Below are positions 16,609-28,029 of a stretch of DNA of 64,000 bases, one piece after another. Source of the stretch: Candidatus Dormiibacterota bacterium (GTDB lineage: Bacteria; Chloroflexota; Dormibacteria; Aeolococcales; Aeolococcaceae); assembly GCA_963777285.1 (NCBI GenBank), contig CAVZPR010000002.1, positions 564,737 through 628,736 on the forward strand. The letters are read 5' to 3'. The notes below the pieces were generated by a model, which did no database searches, was not told the DNA's origin, and worked only from the letters and a program-made list of their open reading frames with translations. Both the position numbers and the translations under genes were made by a program. Position 1 is the stretch's first letter, and every line of letters begins with the position of its first letter.

Positions 16609-17994
16609 TCATCCGCGCGCGGCGCGAACTCTCCTCGCCTCTCGATCTCGATGCGGCTCTGCCCGCGGACAGTGTACCTCGCGCTTTCCGCGCCTCTCGC
16701 ACAGCGTCAGTCGGGGTCGGCCTCCGACCGCCGTCGCCACGAGTTCGGGCAGCATCGCCTCGAGCACGTCGTCGACGGAGATGACGCCGACGACGCGATC
16801 CTCGGCGTCGACGACCGGCGCGACCGTGAGGTTGTAGTCGGCCATGAGACGCGCCACCTCGGGGAAGTCGTCACCCACTTCCACCGACACCTTGCCGCGC
16901 TGTGCGTGCGCCACCACGTGCTCGTCCGGCTGCGCGCGCAGCAGCGTGACCAGGGGAGCCGCGCCGACCAGCTTGCCGTCGCCGTCGACGACGAAGACGT
17001 CGGCGGACTGCTGCGCCGACGCGCTTGCGGTGCGCACCGCGTCGAGCGCTTCGGCGACGGTCGCCGACTGCTGCACCGAGACGTAGTCGGGGTTCATCAG
17101 ACCGCCGGCGCTGTCGGCGTTGTAGCTGAGCAGCGCGCGCACCTTGGCCTGGTGCGCCGGCGGCAGCAGCGCCAGGATCGGGGCGCGCCGGTCCTGGTCC
17201 AGCTCCGTGATCAGGTCGGCCGCGTCGTCTGCCGCCATGCCCGCCAGCACCGCGGCCGCCTCGGTGTCGGATCGCTGGCGCAGGAACTCCACCTGATGCT
17301 CGGTGTTCAGCTCTTCGAAGACGTCCGCTTCGAGCTCCGGGTCGGCGTGCACCGCGGTGATGATCTCCTCGCCCTCGTCGTGCGATGCGTGCTCCACGAT
17401 GTCGGCGATCTGCGCCGGGTGCAGCATGCGCAGGCGCCGCAGCGGCATCAGCAGACGCGACGTGGGCACGTGGCGCACGAACGGCTCCACGTTCATCCAG
17501 TCGACGAACGCGCGCGTGTCGTGCGCGCCGCGGCGCATCGGAGCGGGCAGCAGCCGCCGCAGAAGACCGCGCGAGCTGGCGTCGACGCCGACCACACGCC
17601 AGGCGCCGCGCACCACCGCGAGCTCGATGTCATGCGCGTTGATGAGCCGTCCGCTCTCGACGCTGATCATCCGCCGCGACAGCACGTCCTCGCGCAGCAG
17701 CACCTCACCCTGGCGGCGCTCGAAGCGCAGCAGGCTCAATGTCTCGCCGGTGAGCGACACGCTGCCGGGCTTCATCTCGCCCACGCGGTCGCGGGGCACG
17801 AACAGGAGACGGCCGGCGATGCGGCCGAGGAGGCCGGTGAGCGGCGGGTAGCCGCTGTCGGCGAGCCGCACGATGACGTCGTCGACCCTGCCGAGGGGTT
17901 CGCCGGCGCGGTCGACCAGACGGCTGCCCAGGACGTCGCGCAGCCAGAGGCGGGCGGCGGGCACCGCCACCTCGCGGGCGCGTGAGACGGCCAT
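16609..17994 (-). CDS. soluble PRC-barrel / MgtE N-terminal domain / CBS-pair protein, with no MgtE membrane domain
   Basis: ORF 16609..18078 trimmed to MAVSRAREV, because the first 28 codons have poor GC3. The N-terminus is PRC-like (LVDRAGEPLGRVDDVIV). The MgtE_N-like helical region is HPAQIADIVE...AAVLAGMAADDAADLI. Two CBS motifs follow. The ORF ends about 45 aa after the CBS pair. Confidence 0.8.
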   Translation of the reverse strand: MAVSRAREVAVPAARLWLRDVLGSRLVDRAGEPLGRVDDVIVRLADSGYPPLTGLLGRIAGRLLFVPRDRVGEMKPGSVSLTGETLSLLRFERRQGEVLLREDVLSRRMISVESGRLINAHDIELAVVRGAWRVVGVDASSRGLLRRLLPAPMRRGAHDTRAFVDWMNVEPFVRHVPTSRLLMPLRRLRMLHPAQIADIVEHASHDEGEEIITAVHADPELEADVFEELNTEHQVEFLRQRSDTEAAAVLAGMAADDAADLITELDQDRRAPILALLPPAHQAKVRALLSYNADSAGGLMNPDYVSVQQSATVAEALDAVRTASASAQQSADVFVVDGDGKLVGAAPLVTLLRAQPDEHVVAHAQRGKVSVEVGDDFPEVARLMADYNLTVAPVVDAEDRVVGVISVDDVLEAMLPELVATAVGGRPRLTLCERRGKREVHCPRAEPHRDREARRVRAARG

Positions 17995-18163
17995 ACGCCC
18001 GGAGTCTGCCACGCCACGAGATGCCGCAGATCGTCCGCGCGGTGTCCTCGCCGCCTCGGCACAGTCCGCCCATGGCACGGCGATGTCCCTGGCGGTGGCG
18101 CCTCCGCGGAGCGGGTCTCGGCGGCATAAACTCAGCGGCGGTCAGGAAGGAGGGCGACGCGCG

Positions 18164-18760
18164 GTGGCCAGGGCGAACGGTCGCATCGGTCTCGGTGTCT
18201 TCCTGCGCGACCGGGCACGGAGCATCGTCGTGGTGACCCAGGACGGCGAGCTGGCCGTGGCCCTTCGCGACTGCGTTGACGGCTCCCGAGCGCTGATCCG
18301 GGACGTGCGCCCGGCCGAGCTCGGCCAGGCCGCGGAAGCGTGCCGGCCGTGGCCGTGGATGGTGGTGTGCGACGGCGGCGCCGAGCCCGGCGGCCTGGCT
18401 GAGCTCCTCACCAGGCGGCCCGTGCTGCTCGCCTGGCTGGGCACGCCGCCCGGGACGCTCGCGCCGCGCGCCGTGTCCACGCAACGCTTTGGGACGCTCG
18501 CCGCCGCCGTCAACGGCGCGCTCGAGGCCATGGTCGGGGGCATGCGGCTGGCGCCGTGGTCGGGTGTCCAGCTCCCGTCCGGCCGCGTGGTGCGCGCCGC
18601 CGACCTGGAAGCCCTGATCGCCGCGCACCCCGCGGCGCTGCCGCTGCCGCTGCGCGCCTTTCGCACCGCTTCGCGCACGCTCGGCGCGCACGGCGTCGCT
18701 TGGCGACCGCAGCGCACCGCGGCGGGCGTGGTGCTGGCGCCGCGGGGAGCCGCGGCGTGA
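18164..18760 (+). CDS. hypothetical protein (~198 aa), first gene of the REC/GHKL operon
   Basis: ORF 17873..18760 trimmed to GTG 18164, preceded by GGAAGGAGGG. It shows an alternating beta-alpha pattern (SIVVVTQDGE..., PWMVVCDGG) that is loosely receiver-like. Its stop overlaps the next start as GTGA. Confidence 0.5.
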   Translation: MARANGRIGLGVFLRDRARSIVVVTQDGELAVALRDCVDGSRALIRDVRPAELGQAAEACRPWPWMVVCDGGAEPGGLAELLTRRPVLLAWLGTPPGTLAPRAVSTQRFGTLAAAVNGALEAMVGGMRLAPWSGVQLPSGRVVRAADLEALIAAHPAALPLPLRAFRTASRTLGAHGVAWRPQRTAAGVVLAPRGAAA

Positions 18761-19407
18761 GAGCGAACCCCGAGGTGCTCCTGGTGGAGGACGACCCGGA
18801 GACGCTGGAGCAGCTGCGCGGCCATTTCGAGCGCAAGCGCTTCCATCCGCTGGCGGCGCGCAGCGCCACGCGCGCCCTGTCGCTCATCGAGAACAACATG
18901 CACTCCAGCCGCCCGGTGCTGGCGGTCGTGGACTGGGATCTGAGCAAAGCGCCCGACAATCGCTGGAACAGCGGCGACGTCCTGGCGCGCCTGGCGCGCG
19001 ACATCGCGGACTGCCTCGTCGTGGTGTACTCGCAGAACATCGACGCCTTTCGCGTGCGCAGCGAGATTCAGCGCGCCCACCCGCGCGCGTGGCTGCACGA
19101 CAAGCGCGACGGTGATCAGTCGCTGGTCGATCGCGTGTCCCGGCTGCTGGACCAGCGTGTCGGCGACCTCCGCGTGCAGGACGGCACCGTCGTCATCCAC
19201 GTGCCCACGCACGACGAGCACCATCACCGTGAGGCGGTGCGCCTGGTGGTGCACCACCCGGAGATCGTCACCTTCCATTCCGACACCGCCACCAAGGCCG
19301 TGCGCCGGTTCGGTGAGTGGCTGACGCGGCACCAGTCCACGGTGCGACTGGTCAGCCTGGGCAACCGCAAGTACCGGCTCGCGGTCACGCCGCCTGCCGG
19401 CGAGTAG
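18757..19407 (+). CDS. response-regulator receiver domain protein with an unrecognised His-rich C-terminal domain
   Basis: ORF 18556..19407 trimmed to GTG 18757. It has EVLLVEDDPETLEQL and VLAVVDWDLS (acidic pocket and putative phospho-Asp). The C-terminus reads HVPTHDEHHHREAVRLVVHH. Confidence 0.7.
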   Translation: MRANPEVLLVEDDPETLEQLRGHFERKRFHPLAARSATRALSLIENNMHSSRPVLAVVDWDLSKAPDNRWNSGDVLARLARDIADCLVVVYSQNIDAFRVRSEIQRAHPRAWLHDKRDGDQSLVDRVSRLLDQRVGDLRVQDGTVVIHVPTHDEHHHREAVRLVVHHPEIVTFHSDTATKAVRRFGEWLTRHQSTVRLVSLGNRKYRLAVTPPAGE

Positions 19408-19410
19408 CCC

Positions 19411-20724
19411 GTGCAGCTGAGCCTCGCCGACCTGCGCGACCTGCCGCTCGCGGCGGCGCTGGTCGAGCGCGGCGGCACGCCCGTGGCGCACACGCCGGAG
19501 TGGGAGGGCACGGGCCCGGGCTGCGTCGCCTATCCGGTGCGCGGCAAGCGGCTGCTCGTGTCCACGGCGCCGGCCGATCTGACCGCGCGGGCCGTGCTGC
19601 AAGAGCTGCTGGCGGCGCTCGACTCCGCCGTCGCCAAGGCATCCGGTGCGCACGCGATGCGCATGCGCATGGTCGCGGCATCGCTGCGGCTGCTTGCGGG
19701 CGACGCGGTCTCCGCCGCCGGCACCACCGTGGACGCATACGAGCACGCGCTCGCCGGCATCGCCGCGCGCACGTCACTGCGTGCGCGGGTGGGCGACGCC
19801 AGCGTGGAGCCGATTCCCTCACCGGAGGTTGTCGCGCTCGTGCTGGTGCAGCTCGCCGTCAACGCGGAGCGCCACGGGCAGGCGCGCACGGTGGAGCTGA
19901 CGAACCGCGGTGCGACCTTCAGCGTCGCCTGGCGCGACTCCGGGCGTGCTCACCCTCGGGTGTCCACCGCGCGACGGCGCGGGGAGCGGGAGCGCTGGGG
20001 CCTGGGCTTCGCGCGCGTCGCCGCCGACGCCCTGGGCGGCACCGTGTATCCCCCGCGGCACGAAGGTGGCGGCACGGTCGCCGTGTTCGAGCTGGGTCTG
20101 GGGCGGCTGGGCCTGCCGCTGGCGCTGGTGCGCGGCGACGTCGTGTTGCGAGCCACCCGTGCCTGGGACGAGGAAACCTCGCTGGTCCCCGGCACCAACG
20201 TGCGCGACACGACGCGGCTGGCGGCGCTGGCCGCCGCGGCACGCGTGCACCCGGGAGCCGTGGCGCGCAGCGACGGTTGGTCGGCGCGGCTGGTGCACGA
20301 CAGCCTGTGGGTCGCGGTCCCCCCCGACGACGTCGCCGACAGGATGCGCGACGTGCTCGACGGCATGGCGCACGAGCGCGCCCTGCTCGAGGGGATGGAC
20401 GAGGCGGCGCGGGTGCGGATTCGCGCGCTCACGCTGGCTCTCGGTGCGTGCCTGGGCCGGCCGGTGCCCCGTGTGCCTGCAGCGGCATGGCGGCAGCGCA
20501 TGCACGGGCTCAGCGAAGCTCTCGACGTGCGCCTCGCGGTCCCCGACTTCGAAGGCACGGGCGCCGTCGACCCCGATGTCGCCGCGGTGCTCGCGGCGCG
20601 CGCGGGCGCCGGCTTCGACATCGATGGTAACGCCATGTGGCTGCGGCTCAACGACGCCGCGGACGACGATCCGATGGTGCACGCGCTGACCCCGCCAGGA
20701 GCGCACCGCGTCCGTCTCGCCTAG
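19411..20724 (+). CDS. GHKL/HATPase_c-like ATPase protein without a recognisable H-box or TM segment
   Basis: 437-aa ORF with N-box-like LVQLAVNAERHG and G-box-like RWGLGFARVAADALGG. About 200 aa of unassigned C-terminal sequence follows. It starts 3 nt after the upstream stop. Confidence 0.65.
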   Translation: MQLSLADLRDLPLAAALVERGGTPVAHTPEWEGTGPGCVAYPVRGKRLLVSTAPADLTARAVLQELLAALDSAVAKASGAHAMRMRMVAASLRLLAGDAVSAAGTTVDAYEHALAGIAARTSLRARVGDASVEPIPSPEVVALVLVQLAVNAERHGQARTVELTNRGATFSVAWRDSGRAHPRVSTARRRGERERWGLGFARVAADALGGTVYPPRHEGGGTVAVFELGLGRLGLPLALVRGDVVLRATRAWDEETSLVPGTNVRDTTRLAALAAAARVHPGAVARSDGWSARLVHDSLWVAVPPDDVADRMRDVLDGMAHERALLEGMDEAARVRIRALTLALGACLGRPVPRVPAAAWRQRMHGLSEALDVRLAVPDFEGTGAVDPDVAAVLAARAGAGFDIDGNAMWLRLNDAADDDPMVHALTPPGAHRVRLA

Positions 20725-20742
20725 CGCCGCTAGAATCGCGGC

Positions 20743-21195
20743 GTGAGCTGGTTCCTGCTGCTCAAGTCTCTGCACGTGCTGTCGGCCATCGTCGCGGTCG
20801 GCGCCAACGCGACGTACGCGCTGTGGTCGGTGCGCGCCCGCAGCGATCCGGCACATCTGGGATTCACGCTGCGGGGCATCAAGTTCATCGACGACCGCCT
20901 GGCCAATCCCGCCTACGGCGTGCTCCTGGTCACGGGGCTGATCATGGCGTTCACCACGTACAGCATCACCACGACGTGGATCCTCATCGGCCTCGGGATC
21001 TACATCGCCATCGCGGTGCTGGGCGTCTTCGTGTTCTCGCCGCTGCTGCGCCGCCAGATGGAGGCGCTGGACACCGCCGGGCCGGAGAGCGAAGCCTACC
21101 GGCGCGCGGACGCCCAGGGGCGCGGCATCGGCATGTTCCTGGGCGTGCTCGCGATCGCGGTGGTCTTCGTGATGGTGTTCAAGCCGATCGCGTAG
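20743..21195 (+). CDS. DUF2269-like integral membrane protein
   Basis: 150-aa ORF with four TM helices and the N-terminus MSWFLLLKSLHVLSAIVAVGAN. Confidence 0.65.
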   Translation: MSWFLLLKSLHVLSAIVAVGANATYALWSVRARSDPAHLGFTLRGIKFIDDRLANPAYGVLLVTGLIMAFTTYSITTTWILIGLGIYIAIAVLGVFVFSPLLRRQMEALDTAGPESEAYRRADAQGRGIGMFLGVLAIAVVFVMVFKPIA

Positions 21196-21198
21196 CGA

Positions 21199-21636
21199 TC
21201 ACTCGGCCGGCCACGCGTGCTCGTCGCGCGGACGCCACCAATCGTCAGGCTCGCCTGTCCACCCGGGATCGCGGTGCACCGCTCGCACCACCGTCTTGAT
21301 GTTGCCGCGCACGTTGAAGTCGCCGACGATCTCGCAGTACCTGGGCTGCAGCAGCGCCACCAGGTCGCCGAGGATGACGTTGACCACGTCCTCGTGGTAC
21401 ACGCTGCGGTCGCGGTAGCCATTGATGTACAGCTTGAGCGACCTCAGCTCCACGCACCGCGGCCCGGGCACGTAGCGCACGTGCAGCATCGCAAAGTCGG
21501 GAAACCCGGACCGCGGGCAGAGGCAGGTGAACTCCGGGATGGTGAACTGGACCGTGTAGTCGCGCTCCGGCGTGCGATTGTCGAATGCCTCGAGCTTCGC
21601 CTCGCGGATCTGCCTCGCGCCGTACGGCTCGCTCAC
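21199..21636 (-). CDS. queF: NADPH-dependent 7-cyano-7-deazaguanine (preQ0) reductase
   Basis: This is the C-terminal part of shadow ORF 21199..22719, from GTG 21636. It reads FTIPEFTCLCPRSGFPDFA...ELRSLKLYINGYR. A GTGA overlap joins it to the upstream gene. Confidence 0.9.
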   Translation of the reverse strand: MSEPYGARQIREAKLEAFDNRTPERDYTVQFTIPEFTCLCPRSGFPDFAMLHVRYVPGPRCVELRSLKLYINGYRDRSVYHEDVVNVILGDLVALLQPRYCEIVGDFNVRGNIKTVVRAVHRDPGWTGEPDDWWRPRDEHAWPAE

Positions 21637-22361
21637 CGCGCCGCACCCCGGCCCGCGAGCCTGAGGAAGGACAGCGACACGGGCGCAAAGGACGTTCCCC
21701 GGTCGTACACGTCGACGCCCTCCAGTCGCTTCAGCGCCGTGACGACGGCGTAGGTCAGCGGCGTCGCCACCACCTCGTACGCCACCTTCAGCGCCCACAC
21801 GTCGCGGATTATCACCAGCAGCAGCGACCAGGGCTGCGTGCCGGCGAAGGCGAGCGATATGAACACCGCGCTGTCGACCCCCTGGCCCACGAGCGTCGAC
21901 CCGATGGTTCGCGACCAGAGAAAGCGCCCGCGCGTGGCGATCTTCATCCGCGCCAGCACGAACGCGTTGAGGAACTCGCCGCACAGGTACGCGGTGAGCG
22001 ACGCCACCACGAGACGCGGACTCTGGCCCAGCAGGCGCGAGTATGCCGCTTGGTCGGGGTAGTGGCTGTCCGCGGGCAGCGCGATCGCCGCGGCGATGAA
22101 CAGCACCGCGACGACGTTCGCCAGGAAGCCCGACCAGATCACGGCGCGCGCCACGCGGTACCCCCACACCTCGGTGAGCACATCGCCGAAGAGGTACGCC
22201 AGCGGAAAGATGACGATCGCCGCGGGCACCGTGAACGGCCCGATGGTGGCGACCTTGACGGCGATGATGTTGGACGTGACCAGTGACGCGACGAACAGCG
22301 CCGCGACGGTCAGCAGCAGCGGGCTCACCGCGCGGCGCGGCGCGGAATCGGCGGGGGGCAC
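21633..22361 (-). CDS. yhhQ: queuosine-precursor transporter (YhhQ/DUF165 family)
   Basis: 242-aa ORF reading SNIIAVKV...FPLAYLFGDVLTEVWGY...GQGVDSAVF. It is operonic with queF. Confidence 0.85.
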   Translation of the reverse strand: MPPADSAPRRAVSPLLLTVAALFVASLVTSNIIAVKVATIGPFTVPAAIVIFPLAYLFGDVLTEVWGYRVARAVIWSGFLANVVAVLFIAAAIALPADSHYPDQAAYSRLLGQSPRLVVASLTAYLCGEFLNAFVLARMKIATRGRFLWSRTIGSTLVGQGVDSAVFISLAFAGTQPWSLLLVIIRDVWALKVAYEVVATPLTYAVVTALKRLEGVDVYDRGTSFAPVSLSFLRLAGRGAAR

Positions 22362-22376
22362 GGCGCCACAGCCTAG

Positions 22377-23507
22377 CTAAATGCGTTGTGGGGCGGCCCG
22401 GCGCCCGCGCAGGGCGCGCAGCGCGATCACCACGGCCACCACCAGCGCCACGTTGCGCATCACCACGAAGGCGAGGCCTGCAGGCGTGAAGCCTGCGAGC
22501 CCGCCGTAGTCGGCGTTCTCCACCACGGTGAGCAGCGCGACCGCGGCCACGGCCACGGCGGTGGCGCGGTGGCCGGCGACCCAGGCCATGGCGCCCGCGG
22601 GAATCAGCCAGGAGATGAACTGGGGCGACAGCAGCGTGGAGCAGGCCAGAAAGGTGCCCACGGTGGCCACCCAGGCGACACCGATGTCGTCGCGTCCGCG
22701 CACCCGCAGCAGCACCCACACCGTCACCGCGACGCCGATGAGCGTGAGCACGATCGTCAACCCGGGAGGCACGTGGCCGAATCGCTGCGCACCCTCGTTC
22801 TGGATTGCGGGTTCACGGGTGAACAGGTGCACCACCGAGCCCACCACGCTCTCGATCTGCCAGCCGACGGCGCCGCGAAAGGTGAGCACCTCCTTGATGC
22901 CGGTGATGCCGCCGACCGTGACCCACGCGGCGAGCAACACACCGAGGGACGCGGCCAGCGTTGTGAGGTAGCGGCGCCGCGTCCCCGCGGGCATCGCCGG
23001 CACCAGGATCAGCGCGATGGGTATGGGCCACAGCTTCATGCCGATGGCGACGGCGATCAGCAGCGCCGCGAGCACCGGACGCCGGCGCAGGACCGCCGCG
23101 GTTCCGCCCACCACCAGCGCCACGGTGACGAGGTCGAGGCGCACCACGAAGAGTCCGATGAGCGCGCTCTCGACGATGAGAAACCAGAGACACGCCCCCG
23201 GCGACCAGGTGCGCCACAGCAGCACGGCGATGACCACGTCCGCGAGCAGCGACATGATGATGATCACCGCCGTGAAGACCGGCGAGCTGGGGGTCGCGAA
23301 GGCCACGAGCTTCACCAGCGCGACCAGCGCGATGGGATACTCGATCTGATAGTCGATGTACGGCCGCCCGCGCGCGTGGCCGATCGCGTAGAAGCGGTCG
23401 ATGTCCACCGTGTGTCCCTGATGGATGCCCAGCACCAGCACCAGGATGCGGAACGCGATGACCACGCCGAGCGCGATCAGGAAGGGAGGACGTATGCGGG
23501 GCCTCAT
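22377..23507 (-). CDS. polytopic membrane glycosyltransferase-like protein (GT87/DUF2029-like)
   Basis: 376-aa ORF with more than 9 TM helices. The N-terminal loop reads DIDRFYAIGHARGRPYIDYQIEYPIALV. It ends 15 nt upstream of the yhhQ start. Confidence 0.6.
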   Translation of the reverse strand: MRPRIRPPFLIALGVVIAFRILVLVLGIHQGHTVDIDRFYAIGHARGRPYIDYQIEYPIALVALVKLVAFATPSSPVFTAVIIIMSLLADVVIAVLLWRTWSPGACLWFLIVESALIGLFVVRLDLVTVALVVGGTAAVLRRRPVLAALLIAVAIGMKLWPIPIALILVPAMPAGTRRRYLTTLAASLGVLLAAWVTVGGITGIKEVLTFRGAVGWQIESVVGSVVHLFTREPAIQNEGAQRFGHVPPGLTIVLTLIGVAVTVWVLLRVRGRDDIGVAWVATVGTFLACSTLLSPQFISWLIPAGAMAWVAGHRATAVAVAAVALLTVVENADYGGLAGFTPAGLAFVVMRNVALVVAVVIALRALRGRRAAPQRI

Positions 23508-23554
23508 CGCCGCCGCAACTGTACGGGCGGCGAGAGCGCAGGTCTAGCTGTGCG

Positions 23555-26188
<2,634 letters not shown>

Positions 26189-26231
26189 GCCTGTTCCATA
26201 CCCTCGCCGGCGGCCCGCTAATCTATCCGCG

Positions 26232-27260
26232 ATGACCCCCAGGATGGGCCGCTGGTCGCTGCTCGCCGCGGGGGCCACGCTGGCCGTCGTCCCTGCCGTG
26301 GTGCTGCTCCGCCTCAACACTTCCGTGGTGGGGCGCAGCGGCGTGGCGTCGGCCGCCACGCGAGGCGAGCTGGTCACCGACGTGGCCCGCCCCGCGTGGT
26401 ACGGCCTGCAACTCCTCGACGACACGGTGACGTTCCATGCGGCCCGCCGGCTCACGTCGACGCCGCCGCTGATCAGGGCCGCGGAGGCCATCCTCGTCGA
26501 CCCCGACACGGGCGAGATCCTCTTCCAGCAGAACGCGCACGCGCGGCGGCCGCCGGCGAGCACCATCAAGCTGCTCACCGCGATGCTGGTGCTGCAGAAC
26601 TTCAGCACCTCCCGTCTGATCACCGCGACGCCGAACGCGCTCTTCCAGGCGTGGGACGAGAGCCGCATGGGACTGCGCGCGGGCGACACCCTCACGGTGC
26701 GCGACCTGCTCACCGGGTTGCTCACGGTGAGCGCCAACGACGCCGCCGACGTGTTCGCGGTGGACACCGTCGGCATGGAGCGATTCGTCGGCGCGATGAA
26801 CGCCGAGGTGGCGGCGCTGCACCTGCAGGACACGCACGCCACCTCGCCGGTGGGACTGGATGCTCCTGGCATGTACTCGTCCGCGTACGACCTCGCGGTG
26901 ATCGCCGCCGTCGACGTCGAGCGGTTCCCGCTGCTGCGCCAGATCGTCGCCACGCCGTACACGGTGCTGCCACACACCGCGACGCACCCGGCGTTCTTCC
27001 TGCGCAACATCAACCTGCTGCTGCGCATGTACGCCGCCGCAACCGGAATCAAGACCGGCTACACGGCCAACGCGGGGGCGTGCGAGGTGGGCATGGCGGT
27101 GCGCGGCGGCCACCGGCTGATCGACGTGATCCTCAACGGCGACCTGGTGTACACGTCGTCGAAGCGGCTCCTCGACTGGGGTTTCACACAGGAGGGACTG
27201 CCCTCGCAGCTGCCTCCGCCGAGCCCCTCCCCCTCACCGTCGCCCGCCGCGCCACGCTGA
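26232..27260 (+). CDS. D-alanyl-D-alanine carboxypeptidase (S11 family PBP)
   Basis: ORF 25842..27260 trimmed to ATG 26232. It has a signal/TM segment, then the motifs ASTIK (SxxK), SAND (SxN) and KTGYT (KTG). Confidence 0.9.
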   Translation: MTPRMGRWSLLAAGATLAVVPAVVLLRLNTSVVGRSGVASAATRGELVTDVARPAWYGLQLLDDTVTFHAARRLTSTPPLIRAAEAILVDPDTGEILFQQNAHARRPPASTIKLLTAMLVLQNFSTSRLITATPNALFQAWDESRMGLRAGDTLTVRDLLTGLLTVSANDAADVFAVDTVGMERFVGAMNAEVAALHLQDTHATSPVGLDAPGMYSSAYDLAVIAAVDVERFPLLRQIVATPYTVLPHTATHPAFFLRNINLLLRMYAAATGIKTGYTANAGACEVGMAVRGGHRLIDVILNGDLVYTSSKRLLDWGFTQEGLPSQLPPPSPSPSPSPAAPR

Positions 27261-27261
27261 C

Positions 27262-28029
27262 GTGCGCCTCACCGTCCTGGGCAGTGGCGACGCGTTCAGC
27301 GGCTGTGGCTGCAACGCCGGATACCTGATCGACGGAAAGGTGCTGGTGGACTGCGGCGCGCCCGCCCACGCCCTGGCGCGGCGTGCCGAGACATCGATGA
27401 GCGAGCTGCGGCTCATCCTGCTGACGCACTTCCACGCCGACCACTCCTTCATGCTGCCGATGGTGCTCGGCGCGTGCACGTTCGGCGATACGACGCGCCG
27501 CGGCATGGTCATCGCCGGCCCCCCCGGCACCAGGGAGTTCACCAGACGCCTGCTCATCGACGGGTACGGCGCGCACATCCTGGGGCTGATCGACTCCGAG
27601 CTGGCGCCCGAGTTCGCGGTGCTGCAGGACGGCAGCGACGTGGAGCTGGCCGGCTACCGCGTCCGCGCGCACGCGGTGGTGCACAGCGTGGGCCCGTCAC
27701 TCGCGTACGCGGTGAGCGACTCCTCGGGCGCCACCACCGGGTTCAGCGGCGACTCGACGCTCTGCGCCGGCCTGGAACGCGCCGTCGCCGTCAGCGACGT
27801 GTTCGTGTCCGAGTGCACCGGATGGGAGGGGCCGGTGCCCGGCGGTCACATGTGGCGCGGAGAGGTCACCGAGCTGATGCGGCGCCACCCCGACACGGCG
27901 TTCGTGCTCAGCCACCTCACGCAGCGGCGCGAGGTGCGCGGCGCGCTGGTGGCGCACGACCTGCTCACCATTGAGGTGCAGGCACGCTCCGCCGCCGCCG
28001 GCGCCACGCAAAACGCGGCGCGGCCATGA
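27262..28029 (+). CDS. MBL-fold metallo-hydrolase (RNase Z/ElaC-like small form)
   Basis: 255-aa ORF with THFHADH and a late SHL. It starts 1 nt after the upstream stop. Confidence 0.8.
   Translation: MRLTVLGSGDAFSGCGCNAGYLIDGKVLVDCGAPAHALARRAETSMSELRLILLTHFHADHSFMLPMVLGACTFGDTTRRGMVIAGPPGTREFTRRLLIDGYGAHILGLIDSELAPEFAVLQDGSDVELAGYRVRAHAVVHSVGPSLAYAVSDSSGATTGFSGDSTLCAGLERAVAVSDVFVSECTGWEGPVPGGHMWRGEVTELMRRHPDTAFVLSHLTQRREVRGALVAHDLLTIEVQARSAAAGATQNAARP

Noticed and set aside
22362-22376. Possible preQ1 riboswitch upstream of the yhhQ-queF operon. The mRNA reads ...CCCCACAACGCAUUUAGCUAGG..., which is vaguely like the CCC...A-rich...CUAGG tail of preQ1-I.
   Set aside because: Only 15 nt separate the upstream gene's TAG from the yhhQ GTG, and the 'motif' lies mostly inside the upstream coding sequence. 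There is no P1 hairpin or A-rich tract. The genes are more likely co-transcribed.
26189-26231. A heat-shock operator (HAIR/CIRCE) in the 43-nt divergent gap upstream of clpB.
   Set aside because: No CTTGAGT-N7-ACTCAAG or TTAGCACTC-N9-GAGTGCTAA-like inverted repeat is present in the gap. The clpB promoter must lie inside the neighbouring coding region.
27965-28029. The 65-nt convergent overlap of the MBL hydrolase and transglutaminase genes as an antisense regulatory feature.
   Set aside because: Either 3' end could simply be a low-complexity tail. The overlap provides no independent signal, so I note it only in the operon description.
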